Below are positions 35,929 to 44,788 of a stretch of DNA of 64,000 nucleotides, piece by piece. Location of the stretch: the NCBI GenBank assembly GCA_041640655.1, contig JBEPZV010000004.1, positions 46,815 to 110,814 of the forward strand. The letters run 5' to 3'. The position numbers and the translations under genes were made by a program. The notes beneath the pieces are model-generated. The model ran no database searches, was not told the DNA's origin, and saw only the letters and a list, made by a program, of their open reading frames with translations. This DNA is from a bacterium (lineage in GTDB: Bacteria > Acidobacteriota > Blastocatellia > HR10). How positions within the stretch are numbered: the stretch's first letter is position 1; each line of letters begins with the position of its first letter.

Positions 35929-37368
35929 TCAGAAAGCGAACTGCACGCGCGTGAGCAAGGCGAAGAAGCTCTCGGAGCGGCGCAAGGGCGACGTCGCGGG
36001 GAAGCGTTCCACAGCCAGATCGAGCATATACTTGACGAAGGGCGTCAGGTACCAATTCACCCCGCTGGTGATGGTCTCAGCGCGCTTGGTCTCCATGCCG
36101 TCCGAGAGTTGGAGCGTCGAGTACCGGATTTTCACCTCCCACGCTCCCCACCCACGATTCCCCGGTCCCGATGCCAGAAAGGGACGACCGGGGATGACCG
36201 GGCCATTCTCCGGCTTCCTCTCCCCGGTGAGGACATACGTGGCCTGCGCAGCGTATCCTTTCGCGACGACGGCCGGAAGGGTGGTCTGATTCGGCCCCAG
36301 CTGATACCGATCCTGGACCATTTGGTTGTATTCGGCTCGCAGGGCGAATGGTCCGATCAGGTAGGTCAATTCACCGTTGGCGCGGAGGACTTGCCCATTC
36401 ACCGGGCGCGCCGGAAAGAACGTCACGCTTTGACTCTCGGTTTGTCCGATCAAACTCATCCCCCCGCGCTGTCGGCCGAGCGCCAGAGCACCGCCAAAGC
36501 TCAAGCCCTCCCCCCATCGCACGCTCTCCCCGCGCCAGGGCGAGACGCGCACTCTCACCACGCCCTCAGGCGTGCGCGTCGTATTCGGCGCCAACGTGCC
36601 CTTCCCGTTGAAGGCCCCGAGCTGATATTCGATCTTCCCCCCGGCGACGTCCCCCGCCAATTGAATCCCCGGGCTCCGGCTCGGCGCGATGCGCGTCGCC
36701 ATCGCGCGCTCCACGAAATCTATGTGCATGGCGCTACGCAATTCCTCCTGCGAGAGTGGCTCCTTGAAATGCCCCACCTGCAGGCGCATTCCCGGGCGCA
36801 CCTGCAGGCGCAGCCAGCCATCTCGCAAGAGCCCGCTCCCGCGCTCGGCGAAATCCGCCTGAATCTTGTATTCGTAACGACTCAGGATCTTCCCGAGCAC
36901 CGCCAGGCGGAATCGGCGTATGAGGAAGGTGTTCGCCGGGGCGAACGGCTCCTGCCCGTAGGCGCGAAAGTCGAGCTGTCCTTCCCCGGAGAACGCGAGC
37001 TCAAAATCCCCGTCCGAACTCCGAAGCGTCGGGCGTCCGTTGGACAAGAAGAAGAGCGGAGAAGCTGTGCGCGCTCCCGAAGCCGCTGCCCGATTCGATC
37101 CTTCCGCTGGTTCGTGGGATCGCCGGACCATGGCCCGTACTTCTTCGCGCAGCGCTTCCAGCAGACGCCCCTGTGCGGCCAACTGCTCGCGCAACTGCTC
37201 GATCATTCGTTCCTGTTCCTGAACCCGTTTTCTCAAGTGCTCCAGCTCAGCCGAGGGATCTTGCTGTGGCGCAGGAGCGGCCGAGAGCGCTGTGGAGAGA
37301 AGCAGGAGAAGTCCCAACGTCCGGAGCATATCCCAGGCCAGCGCCCGTCGCCCCTTGTGGTCGTCCAT
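35929..37368 (-). CDS. Phosphate-selective porin O/P-family outer membrane protein
   Basis: Signal peptide, N-terminal coiled coil, IRRFRL, GHFKEPLSQEEL, FVER, GVNWY and terminal QFAF. First gene of the pst operon. Confidence 0.85.
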   Translation of the reverse strand: MDDHKGRRALAWDMLRTLGLLLLLSTALSAAPAPQQDPSAELEHLRKRVQEQERMIEQLREQLAAQGRLLEALREEVRAMVRRSHEPAEGSNRAAASGARTASPLFFLSNGRPTLRSSDGDFELAFSGEGQLDFRAYGQEPFAPANTFLIRRFRLAVLGKILSRYEYKIQADFAERGSGLLRDGWLRLQVRPGMRLQVGHFKEPLSQEELRSAMHIDFVERAMATRIAPSRSPGIQLAGDVAGGKIEYQLGAFNGKGTLAPNTTRTPEGVVRVRVSPWRGESVRWGEGLSFGGALALGRQRGGMSLIGQTESQSVTFFPARPVNGQVLRANGELTYLIGPFALRAEYNQMVQDRYQLGPNQTTLPAVVAKGYAAQATYVLTGERKPENGPVIPGRPFLASGPGNRGWGAWEVKIRYSTLQLSDGMETKRAETITSGVNWYLTPFVKYMLDLAVERFPATSPLRRSESFFALLTRVQFAF

Positions 37369-37469
37369 AGATCAGATCTCCCCATGTGGCACTTAGCTAT
37401 GGACTTTACTCGATGCCGGTATCGCTTGTCCATATCGGCTCCACGTTCAGAAGTCCGCAAGAGCCCCTC

Positions 37470-37523
37470 AGTTTACAGGAGCCTGGTGAAAAGCGCGTAA
37501 ATGGGAGGTTAAATCTGTGTAAA
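37470..37523 (-). promoter_or_regulatory. Pho box (4 direct repeats) plus -10 element of the porin-pst-pho operon
   Basis: Minus-strand TTTACA, TTAACC, TTTACG, TTCACC at an exact 11-bp period, then 9 bp, then TAAACT. Confidence 0.75.
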
Positions 37524-38570
37524 ATTCCGGCGGGCGCGCACCCGTTCGACCAAGCGCTCGAACGTCTCGACCGGAAGGGCGACCTCGGAGAAGATGCGGC
37601 GCAGATCACAGGCGGTGAGGCGCTCAAAATGCTCCCGGACGGGGACGACGACGATCCCGGCCAAATCGATGGCCGCCGGACTGATCAACAGGCGCTCTGG
37701 CTGATCGGCGAAGAAGCACGAGGGGCGATGTCGCGCGCGGGGGAAGAGAAGGACCGTCCACGCTCGGTGGCGGTCGCGCCCCTCTGGTGACGCGGTGTCC
37801 GCGAAGACGATGAGGTTGAGCATCGGTTCTTCGGTGGTGCCCGTCAGGTCCGCGAGGATCGAGAGCGTCTCAGAGATGCGGGCGCTCAGTCGCTCGCGAT
37901 CCGTGGCGCGATACAGGAGCGTTGGGATCGGATAGGAGACGGTTCGGGAGATGATGAGTCCGGGTTCGCTCACGACGAGCTGGCGGTCGGCGAAATTGCG
38001 CGCGATCGGCAGACGCGCGCGCCAGGCCGCCTGGAAATGAAGGTGATCTGGGGCTGAAGCGCCGCACCTCGGACCATTGTAGAGGAGGAAGAAGTCCGGG
38101 GACAGCTCCGCTGCCAGATCAAGCAGTACGTTGCAGCGCCCTTGCAGCGCCTGCGGGATATGCTCGCGGTGGACGATCGTCAGATGACGCTCGAGAATGG
38201 GAGAGGGGTTGCACAAGATGACATACTCGTGCGCATAGGCGAGTCCCCGTTCCTCCGCGGGGAGGTTCTCGGGGCAGAGGAAACACGGACGCCGCCGCAG
38301 CGCTTCTTCGTCTACGGCGGCGGTGGTGCTCGTCAGGCGGAGCGGATTGTACTGGAGGAGAAAGATGGCCGATCCGAGCGAGACTTCTCTAACGAGCACT
38401 TGGGAGAGGGCGTCCAGGCCATGAGCGAGGGCGGGCCAGTGCTTGCGCTGCTCGTGGAAGAGCGCCTCCACGCGGGCGCGCCAGGTGAGGCCCTCCTCAG
38501 AGGGTCTCACCTCCAGGTCCTCATCTCGGAGAAGCCGCCCTTCCCACGCTCCCGACATATCGGTTGACAT
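37509..38570 (-). CDS. DUF4922-like protein (HIT-type nucleotidyltransferase/phosphorylase fold)
   Basis: QYNPLR.TST, RPCFLC, LCNPSPI, HLTI, YNGPRCGASAPDHLHFQA and SPAAIDLAG. Confidence 0.8.
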   Translation of the reverse strand: MSTDMSGAWEGRLLRDEDLEVRPSEEGLTWRARVEALFHEQRKHWPALAHGLDALSQVLVREVSLGSAIFLLQYNPLRLTSTTAAVDEEALRRRPCFLCPENLPAEERGLAYAHEYVILCNPSPILERHLTIVHREHIPQALQGRCNVLLDLAAELSPDFFLLYNGPRCGASAPDHLHFQAAWRARLPIARNFADRQLVVSEPGLIISRTVSYPIPTLLYRATDRERLSARISETLSILADLTGTTEEPMLNLIVFADTASPEGRDRHRAWTVLLFPRARHRPSCFFADQPERLLISPAAIDLAGIVVVPVREHFERLTACDLRRIFSEVALPVETFERLVERVRARRNFTQI

Positions 38571-38601
38571 CGCCGGCGCCTCTCATTATACAACACGGCG
38601 T

Positions 38602-39579
38602 ATGCCCATCTTGAGCCTCGCCTCGATGGACGAGATTCGCGCCATTCTCGCGGAGACGCACGCTCTGTGGGGCGAGGGGATGGCGCTCGATGATTACAGG
38701 GCGTTCGTCTTCGCGCAGATGGAGAGCCCATGGGGGCGCGAGAATCTCCGGTATCTCGTGTGGAAGGAGGGGGAAGTCATTCTCAGTAGCCTGAAGCTCT
38801 ACCGCGTGCAGGTGCGATTCGGCGCTCGTCAGATGACGCTCGGCGGGATCGGCGCCGTGTATACTCCGTGTGCGCAGCGCGGGCGAGGGCATGCGCGCGC
38901 CATGCTCGCCGCTGTCCTGGATCACGTGCGCGCGGAGGGGGCCAGCGGCGCGCTCCTCTTCTCGGACATCGGGACGGCGTATTACCAAGCGCTCGGATTT
39001 CATCCGCTCCCTTCGCATGAGTTCTCCGTGCCGCTTCATGCGATCCCCATGGGCGAGCGCTCGCCTCTGGCGATCGAGCCGATTCGGGAGGCGGAGTGGT
39101 CAGAGATCGAACGCCTCTACGAACACGCGACAGCGTCGGACCCTTTCGCCCTGTCGCGGTCTTCGACCTATTGGGATCACCTGCGGCGGAAGGAGCGCGA
39201 GCGCGCGAGGCGCCAGCCCGCCGGTGGGAAGTTGCCCTGTCACCGAATCGCTCGACGCGCGGGGAGGGGTGTGGGATATGTGCTCGCTGTGTTCGATCCC
39301 CCTGCGCTCGTCCTCCAGGAGTTGATCGTCGCCGACGGACGTCCGGAGACCGCGCGGGCTCTCCTTGGGGCGATCCGGGAGGATGGAGAGGCCCTTGGCG
39401 GGACGCAGCTCAGCGGATGGTGGCCACCACAGGGATGGTCGCGATTTCTCCCGCGCGAGGTCTTCCACCCGCGTCCCCGAGACCGAGAGCTGACGATGAT
39501 CGCGTCATTTGACCCCGCCCTCGATGTGGGCGCGCTCGCCGCGTGTGGGGATCTTTTCTGGGCGACGGACCATTTTTGA
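38602..39579 (+). CDS. GNAT-family N-acetyltransferase (Eis-like)
   Basis: GIGAVYT..AQRGRGHA acetyl-CoA motif and LLFSDIGTAYYQALGF. Confidence 0.85.
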   Translation: MPILSLASMDEIRAILAETHALWGEGMALDDYRAFVFAQMESPWGRENLRYLVWKEGEVILSSLKLYRVQVRFGARQMTLGGIGAVYTPCAQRGRGHARAMLAAVLDHVRAEGASGALLFSDIGTAYYQALGFHPLPSHEFSVPLHAIPMGERSPLAIEPIREAEWSEIERLYEHATASDPFALSRSSTYWDHLRRKERERARRQPAGGKLPCHRIARRAGRGVGYVLAVFDPPALVLQELIVADGRPETARALLGAIREDGEALGGTQLSGWWPPQGWSRFLPREVFHPRPRDRELTMIASFDPALDVGALAACGDLFWATDHF

Positions 39580-39588
39580 GCCCGCCCG

Positions 39589-40353
39589 TCATCGCACCTT
39601 ATCGGGACTTGGCGGCTTCTCGAAGAGCCTCGGATCAATGGGGACGTTCACCTGCACCTCCTCGAAGCTCGCGCGCGAGACCTGCACATCGCCGCGGTAT
39701 CGGTCTATGCGCAGGGGGAGTTTGATCCCGTCGAAGTCCTGGTAGAGGTAGAACCGCTCTTCCTCCTCGCCGTAGGCGAGCTTCACGGGCAGATGGGTGT
39801 GCGGATCGAAGTAGATCTGGATGCGGTCCACCTCATCCCCGCCGAGCGGGACGACGACCTCCACGCCGACGCCGCGTTGTCGGAACCAGAGTTCGCGCTC
39901 GCCGAGGTAGCGCAAGCGTACATCGGATCGTCGCCAGAGGTCGCGCAGGACGGTCTCCAGACTGCGCCGCTGCGCCGTGAGGAAGCGGGCGATCTCCTCC
40001 TCCTTTTGATCGCGAAGGTTGCGGGAGGGACCGTCGTAGATCCAGCCGCGCGAGCCCACGTTGACTTGGATGAACCGATCCTTGCCGCGCCCGAATTCGA
40101 CGCGTTCGCGATCGGGGTAGACGATGTACAGGGTGAAGGGGAGGAGCGCCTGCAACTGCTCGCGCTCGTTGAATTGGGAGTAGAGCCCGCGCCCGGTGAG
40201 GGATTTGAGGGCGAGATACTTCTCACCGCCGAGCGCGCGGATCGCGGCCTCCATGAGGGCACGCGCGCGATCCTCTTGCGCGGGGGGGAGTGAGATGAGG
40301 ATCACCAGAGGAAGAGCCAGACGCGTCGCCACTTGAGAGCGCTCGCCGGACAT
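39589..40353 (-). CDS. Exported hypothetical protein, possibly LolA-like/lipoprotein-sorting fold
   Basis: Hydrophobic N-terminus, AAIRALGG, IYFDPHTHLP, YQDFDGIKLP and VNVPIDPRLFEKP. Fold assignment is inference. Confidence 0.65.
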   Translation of the reverse strand: MSGERSQVATRLALPLVILISLPPAQEDRARALMEAAIRALGGEKYLALKSLTGRGLYSQFNEREQLQALLPFTLYIVYPDRERVEFGRGKDRFIQVNVGSRGWIYDGPSRNLRDQKEEEIARFLTAQRRSLETVLRDLWRRSDVRLRYLGERELWFRQRGVGVEVVVPLGGDEVDRIQIYFDPHTHLPVKLAYGEEEERFYLYQDFDGIKLPLRIDRYRGDVQVSRASFEEVQVNVPIDPRLFEKPPSPDKVR

Positions 40354-40365
40354 GTCGTCGTTCGC

Positions 40366-42642
40366 TCACAGGACGGCCGCTTCCAGGGCGTGCACCTGAA
40401 TCTCGCCCTCTCTCACATCCACGAGGAAGTGATCGGCCTCCTTCCACATCTGCGTGATGGGGAGCTTGACGTGCTCATCAATGGTGCGCTTGAGGAAGCG
40501 AGCGCCGAATTGCAAGCTGTAGCCCAGCTCGACGAGCCGATCCACGGCGGCATCGGTCACCGTCAGGCTCTTGTTGTACCTGGCCATTTGCGCGCGCGTC
40601 TTCTCCAGATACATGCGGGCGATCTCGCGCACCTCCTCGCGCGTGAGGGGGGAGAAGACGATGATCTCATCAATGCGATTGCGGAACTCCGGCGAGAAAT
40701 GTTCCTCGGCCGCTCGGATGATCTCCCGCTTGATCTGTTCCAGCGTGTCCTGGTTCTGCGGGGCGAAACCGAGCGGATTCAGGTACTTCTTGTAGCGGTC
40801 GCTGCCCAAGTTTGAGGTCATGATGACGATGGCGTCCGAGAGATAGACCTTCTTCCCGCGCCCGTCGGTGATCCAGCCCTCGTCGAAGGCTTGCAGGAAG
40901 AGCTGCATGAGGTAGATGGACGCCTTCTCGACCTCGTCAATGAGCAAGACCGTGAAGGGGTTATCGCGCAGCGCTTCGGTGAGGATACCGCCGCGCTCGC
41001 TTCCGACGATGCCGCGCGGCATCCCGATGAGCTTCTCGATGCCGATAGTGCCGTCTTGGTATTCGGAGCAATCAATGCGGATCATTTTGTTCTCATCGCC
41101 GAACATGAATTCGGCGACGGCCTTGGCCAGCTCCGTCTTCCCGACGCCGGTCGGTCCGAGAAAGAGCAGAACGCCATCGGGACGATAGAAGTTCTCCTTG
41201 AGCGGCCCCTTATTCAATCGGAGACGGCGAGCGACCGCGCGAATGGCCTCCTTCTGCCCGACGACGCGGCGGCCGAGCGCCTCCTCCATCTCCTTGAAGC
41301 GCTCGGTCGTGTCGCGGAAGATCATGTCCTTGGGGATGCGCGAGTCCTGCGAGATGACCTCGATGACGTGTTCGGGCCGGACGATGCGCTCTTCCGGCTG
41401 TTCGATCTCGACCTTGACGGCCGCCGTATCGAGCCAGCCGATGACCTTGTCCGGCAGATGAAGGCCTCGGAGGTATCGCGGCGCCATCTCGAGCGCCGTC
41501 TCGATGGCCTCCTCGGAGATCGTCACCGAGTAGTTCCGCTCCAGACGCGGTTTGATCCCCTTCAGGATCTGGCGCGTCTCCTCGAGCGTCGGTTCTTCAA
41601 CCTTGACGACGCGGAAGCGACGGGCGAGGGCCTCATCCTCGGCGATGTACTCCTTGTACTCGGTCATGGTCGTCGCGCCGATGATGCGAATCTCGCCCCG
41701 GGCGAGCGCGCCCTTGAAGATGTTGGCCGCATCGTTGGAGACGCCCAGAGCCGCACCCGCGCCGATGATCGTGTGGGCCTCGTCGATGAAGAGGATGATG
41801 TTCTCGCGCTCCTTGACCTCGTTGATGATGCCGTGCAGGCGCTCCTCGAACATCCCGCGCAACATCGTCCCCGCGACCACGCCCGACATTTGCAATCCGA
41901 CGATGTGAGCGTTTCGCAAACGCGGGGGGACGCGCTCGGGATGAAATTCGATGAGCTGCGCAAGTCCTTCGACGATGGCCGTCTTCCCGACGCCCGGATC
42001 GCCGACGAGCATGACCGAGTTCGCGCGCTCGCGATGGCAGAGGATCTCCATCACTTGCCGCAGCTCTCGCTCGCGGCCGATGAGCGGCGGCAGCTTGTCC
42101 TCACGGGCGAGCTTGTTGAAGCTGACGCCGAAATGCTTCAGATAGGGGGGCAGCTCGTAGCGGCGGCGGAACCGTTCCTCGCGCTCCTCGCGCGAGCGCA
42201 CGCGCGTGATGATCTTCTGCAAGACGACATCCGGGTCCGCCCCCAATCGGCGCATTAACTCGACGGGCACGCCCTCCCGGTCCTGGAAGAGGGCGACGAA
42301 CAGGTCCGAGGAATCAATCTCATTGCGTCCCATCGAGCGCGCGCGATCCAACGCCAGCTTCAGGACCGTCCGGCACGAGGGATCCAGGCGCATGCCTCGC
42401 CCAGTGAACTGACGCGCCACCGAGAGCTGTTCGTTCAGGGCGCGGATGACGGCCTGGGGATCAATGTTGAGGCTTTGCATGACCTCGTTGAAGAGCGAGC
42501 GCTCGACCTCGATGAGGGCGGCCAGAATGTGCTCGGCCGCGATGATGTTGTGATCCCGGTGGCGAGACTCCTCAATGGCTCGCCCCATGACGCGGCGTCC
42601 GCTCTCGGAGAACTTGTCTTGGAATGGGCCCAAGTCAATCAT
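40366..42642 (-). CDS. ClpA/ClpC-family AAA+ ATPase (two NBDs, no M-domain, LGF ClpP-docking loop)
   Basis: Clp_N repeats, Walker A GDPGVGKT and GPTGVGKT, Walker B LFIDEAH and LLIDEVEKA, PEFRNRIDEII and GARFL. Confidence 0.92.
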   Translation of the reverse strand: MIDLGPFQDKFSESGRRVMGRAIEESRHRDHNIIAAEHILAALIEVERSLFNEVMQSLNIDPQAVIRALNEQLSVARQFTGRGMRLDPSCRTVLKLALDRARSMGRNEIDSSDLFVALFQDREGVPVELMRRLGADPDVVLQKIITRVRSREEREERFRRRYELPPYLKHFGVSFNKLAREDKLPPLIGRERELRQVMEILCHRERANSVMLVGDPGVGKTAIVEGLAQLIEFHPERVPPRLRNAHIVGLQMSGVVAGTMLRGMFEERLHGIINEVKERENIILFIDEAHTIIGAGAALGVSNDAANIFKGALARGEIRIIGATTMTEYKEYIAEDEALARRFRVVKVEEPTLEETRQILKGIKPRLERNYSVTISEEAIETALEMAPRYLRGLHLPDKVIGWLDTAAVKVEIEQPEERIVRPEHVIEVISQDSRIPKDMIFRDTTERFKEMEEALGRRVVGQKEAIRAVARRLRLNKGPLKENFYRPDGVLLFLGPTGVGKTELAKAVAEFMFGDENKMIRIDCSEYQDGTIGIEKLIGMPRGIVGSERGGILTEALRDNPFTVLLIDEVEKASIYLMQLFLQAFDEGWITDGRGKKVYLSDAIVIMTSNLGSDRYKKYLNPLGFAPQNQDTLEQIKREIIRAAEEHFSPEFRNRIDEIIVFSPLTREEVREIARMYLEKTRAQMARYNKSLTVTDAAVDRLVELGYSLQFGARFLKRTIDEHVKLPITQMWKEADHFLVDVREGEIQVHALEAAVL

Positions 42643-42659
42643 AGCCGTCGCAAGTCGGA

Positions 42660-42689
42660 ATTATACACAGCCGCTTCAACCCGACTCAA
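42660..42689 (-). promoter_or_regulatory. Possible internal promoter for the Clp ATPase
   Basis: TTGAGT-N18-TATAAT, ending 17 nt upstream of the ATG. Confidence 0.45.
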
Positions 42690-43401
42690 GGCGCGGCTCA
42701 TCAGCTTCGGCCGACGTCGCCGATTCGCGAGCGACCCGCTCGGCAGCGCGCCCGACACGCACGCGTGCCGGGCGGATCAGGGTCTTCTCCCCGAGGCGAT
42801 ACCCAGGCTCGACGACCTCCAGAATCATGCCGTCCTGCTCCGGCCCCACCTCGAGGACTTCGACGGCCTCATGCTGCGACGGGTCGAAGGGCTGATGAAG
42901 TGGAGCGATGAGAGTGATCCCGCACTGCTCCAGGCGACGTTCGAAGAGCGCGACGATGGCGCGCATGCCCTCCAAAAGGGCTTGGGCATTCTCGGTCTGC
43001 TCAGCAGCGCGCACGGCTCGCTTCAACTCGTCGAGCACATCGAGCACAGGACCGAGAATTTCCGCCAGGCGGCGCTCGACGCGCTCCTCCAGCATTCGGG
43101 TCTGCCGTTCGCGAAAGGCTTCGACCTCCGCCCGCATGCGCTCGCGCGCTTCTTGGAACGCGCGCTCGATGGCCTGTGCCCGCTCCTCGCTGATCCGGAG
43201 TCGCGTCTGCAGCTCCTCGACGTAGGTGGGATACCGGGGCGTCTCCTCCGCCGGCGCCTCAGCGGGGGCCGCTTCGTCCAACCAGCGCGCGAAGCGCCGC
43301 TTATCTACAACGCGAGGCTGAGAATCGTCCGATGCGAGCTCCTCGACCGTCGGTTCTGCGGAAGGCTCCTTTGGTTCTCTCACCTCGTCCGGTCGCATCA
43401 T
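42676..43401 (-). CDS. grpE: Nucleotide exchange factor GrpE-like protein
   Basis: Long N-terminal helix, PVLDVLDEL, FDPSQHEAV and GYRLGEKTLIRPARVRVG. Confidence 0.85.
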   Translation of the reverse strand: MMRPDEVREPKEPSAEPTVEELASDDSQPRVVDKRRFARWLDEAAPAEAPAEETPRYPTYVEELQTRLRISEERAQAIERAFQEARERMRAEVEAFRERQTRMLEERVERRLAEILGPVLDVLDELKRAVRAAEQTENAQALLEGMRAIVALFERRLEQCGITLIAPLHQPFDPSQHEAVEVLEVGPEQDGMILEVVEPGYRLGEKTLIRPARVRVGRAAERVARESATSAEADEPRLESG

Positions 43402-43445
43402 GATTCTTCCCCCCTCACGTCGTTTGAGCGCCGGCCGATCTCACC

Positions 43446-44297
43446 TCACGCGCGGGAAGCGTGCTCCAGCAGCCGCCGGATCCGCTCGCGAATGGGCGGA
43501 TGCGTGCTGAAGAGCGTCATGAAGGTCTCCCCGGCCAACGGATTGACGATCATCATATGCGCGGTGGCCGGATTAGCGTCGAGCATCGGAATGCGCGAGA
43601 CGCCGCGCTCCAGCTTCTCCAGGGCTCGCGCCAGCCCATAGGGATTGCCGGCGATCTCCGCGCCCGTGGCATCCGCCTGAAATTCCCGCGCGCGCGAGAT
43701 GGCCATCTGGATCAGAAGCGCCGCCAGCGGAGCGAGGATGAAGAAGAGCAAGCCGGCCACGCCCCGCAGCGGATTGTCGCGCTCATCGCGCCCCATGCCG
43801 CCGAAGAACAGCCCCACTCGCGCCAGCATCATGATCGCGCCCGCGATCGTCGCCGCCACCGACTGGATGAGGATATCGCGATTCTTGACGTGGGCCAGCT
43901 CATGCGCGAGGACGCCCTCCAGCTCTTCGCGATTCAGGAGCTGCAAGAGCCCTTCGGTGACGGCCACCGCGGCGTGCTCCGGATCGCGCCCCGTGGCGAA
44001 GGCATTGGGCGAGAGGCTGGGGATCAGATACAGCCGGGGCATGGGCAGCCCCGCCCGCGTCGAGAGCCGACGCACGATCTCGTACAACTCCGGCGCTTCC
44101 GCTTCGCTCACCGGGCGCGCGCCGTAGCTCGCGAGCGCGATCTTGTCCGAGAAGTAATAGGCGGCGAAGTTCAGCAGGGCGGCGAAGAAGAAGGCCGCGA
44201 TCAGCCCTTGCCGACCCCCGATCACCTCGCCGGCCAGCAGGAAGAACACTGTCAGCAGCGTCAGCAGCAGAACGGTTCGTACGGTATTGCTCGTCAT
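43446..44297 (-). CDS. htpX: Zinc metalloprotease HtpX
   Basis: [30 protein letters not shown] and LFSTHP. Confidence 0.95.
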   Translation of the reverse strand: MTSNTVRTVLLLTLLTVFFLLAGEVIGGRQGLIAAFFFAALLNFAAYYFSDKIALASYGARPVSEAEAPELYEIVRRLSTRAGLPMPRLYLIPSLSPNAFATGRDPEHAAVAVTEGLLQLLNREELEGVLAHELAHVKNRDILIQSVAATIAGAIMMLARVGLFFGGMGRDERDNPLRGVAGLLFFILAPLAALLIQMAISRAREFQADATGAEIAGNPYGLARALEKLERGVSRIPMLDANPATAHMMIVNPLAGETFMTLFSTHPPIRERIRRLLEHASRA

Positions 44298-44333
44298 CGC
44301 CTCACCTCCGCGTTCCACCGATGGTCCGTTAAT

Positions 44334-44400
44334 AGTATGGTCGCACCGGGGCGAAAATTCAACTCCCGCGCTTGACGAGAGCTGAGTGGCTCGTCACAAT
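44334..44400. promoter_or_regulatory. Divergent sigma70-like promoters (htpX leftward; hypothetical-AIRS-folP rightward)
   Basis: Minus strand TTGAAT-N17-CATACT (44334-44362); plus strand TTGACG-N17-CACAAT (44372-44400). Confidence 0.5.
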
Positions 44401-44439
44401 CAAGCGTGACTGACATAACGCCGACACCTGAGGCGCACG

Positions 44440-44778
44440 ATGATGAGGCGACAGAAAGCGCGAAAAAGGCCCATGCCGCTTGTTGAGGCGATCGTGGGAC
44501 TGCCGTTCTACACGCGGGAGGAGTTTCGAAAGCAGGTGCAATATGCGGAGGACAGTCTCGGCTGCGAGAGTTATGAGCAGTGGGTTCGCGCGCATCACGA
44601 GTTGAAGCGGAGGCTGGAGGCGCTGGGCGTCGTCGTGGTCGAGGTCCCGATCAACGTCGAGGAGATGCAGCAGTACTTCCTGCAGTACGGACTCCGAAAC
44701 GATGCGGCGAATCGCAGCCAGTATGTCGCCCGAAAGCTCTTCGAGCGACGCGATCTCGTGTCGCTCGTTCGTCGGTGA
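44440..44778 (+). CDS. Small hypothetical protein
   Basis: 112-aa ORF with protein-like composition and GC-rich codon usage, downstream of a promoter and upstream of the AIRS gene. Confidence 0.7.
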   Translation: MMRRQKARKRPMPLVEAIVGLPFYTREEFRKQVQYAEDSLGCESYEQWVRAHHELKRRLEALGVVVVEVPINVEEMQQYFLQYGLRNDAANRSQYVARKLFERRDLVSLVRR

Positions 44779-44788
44779 GCCCATCGCG

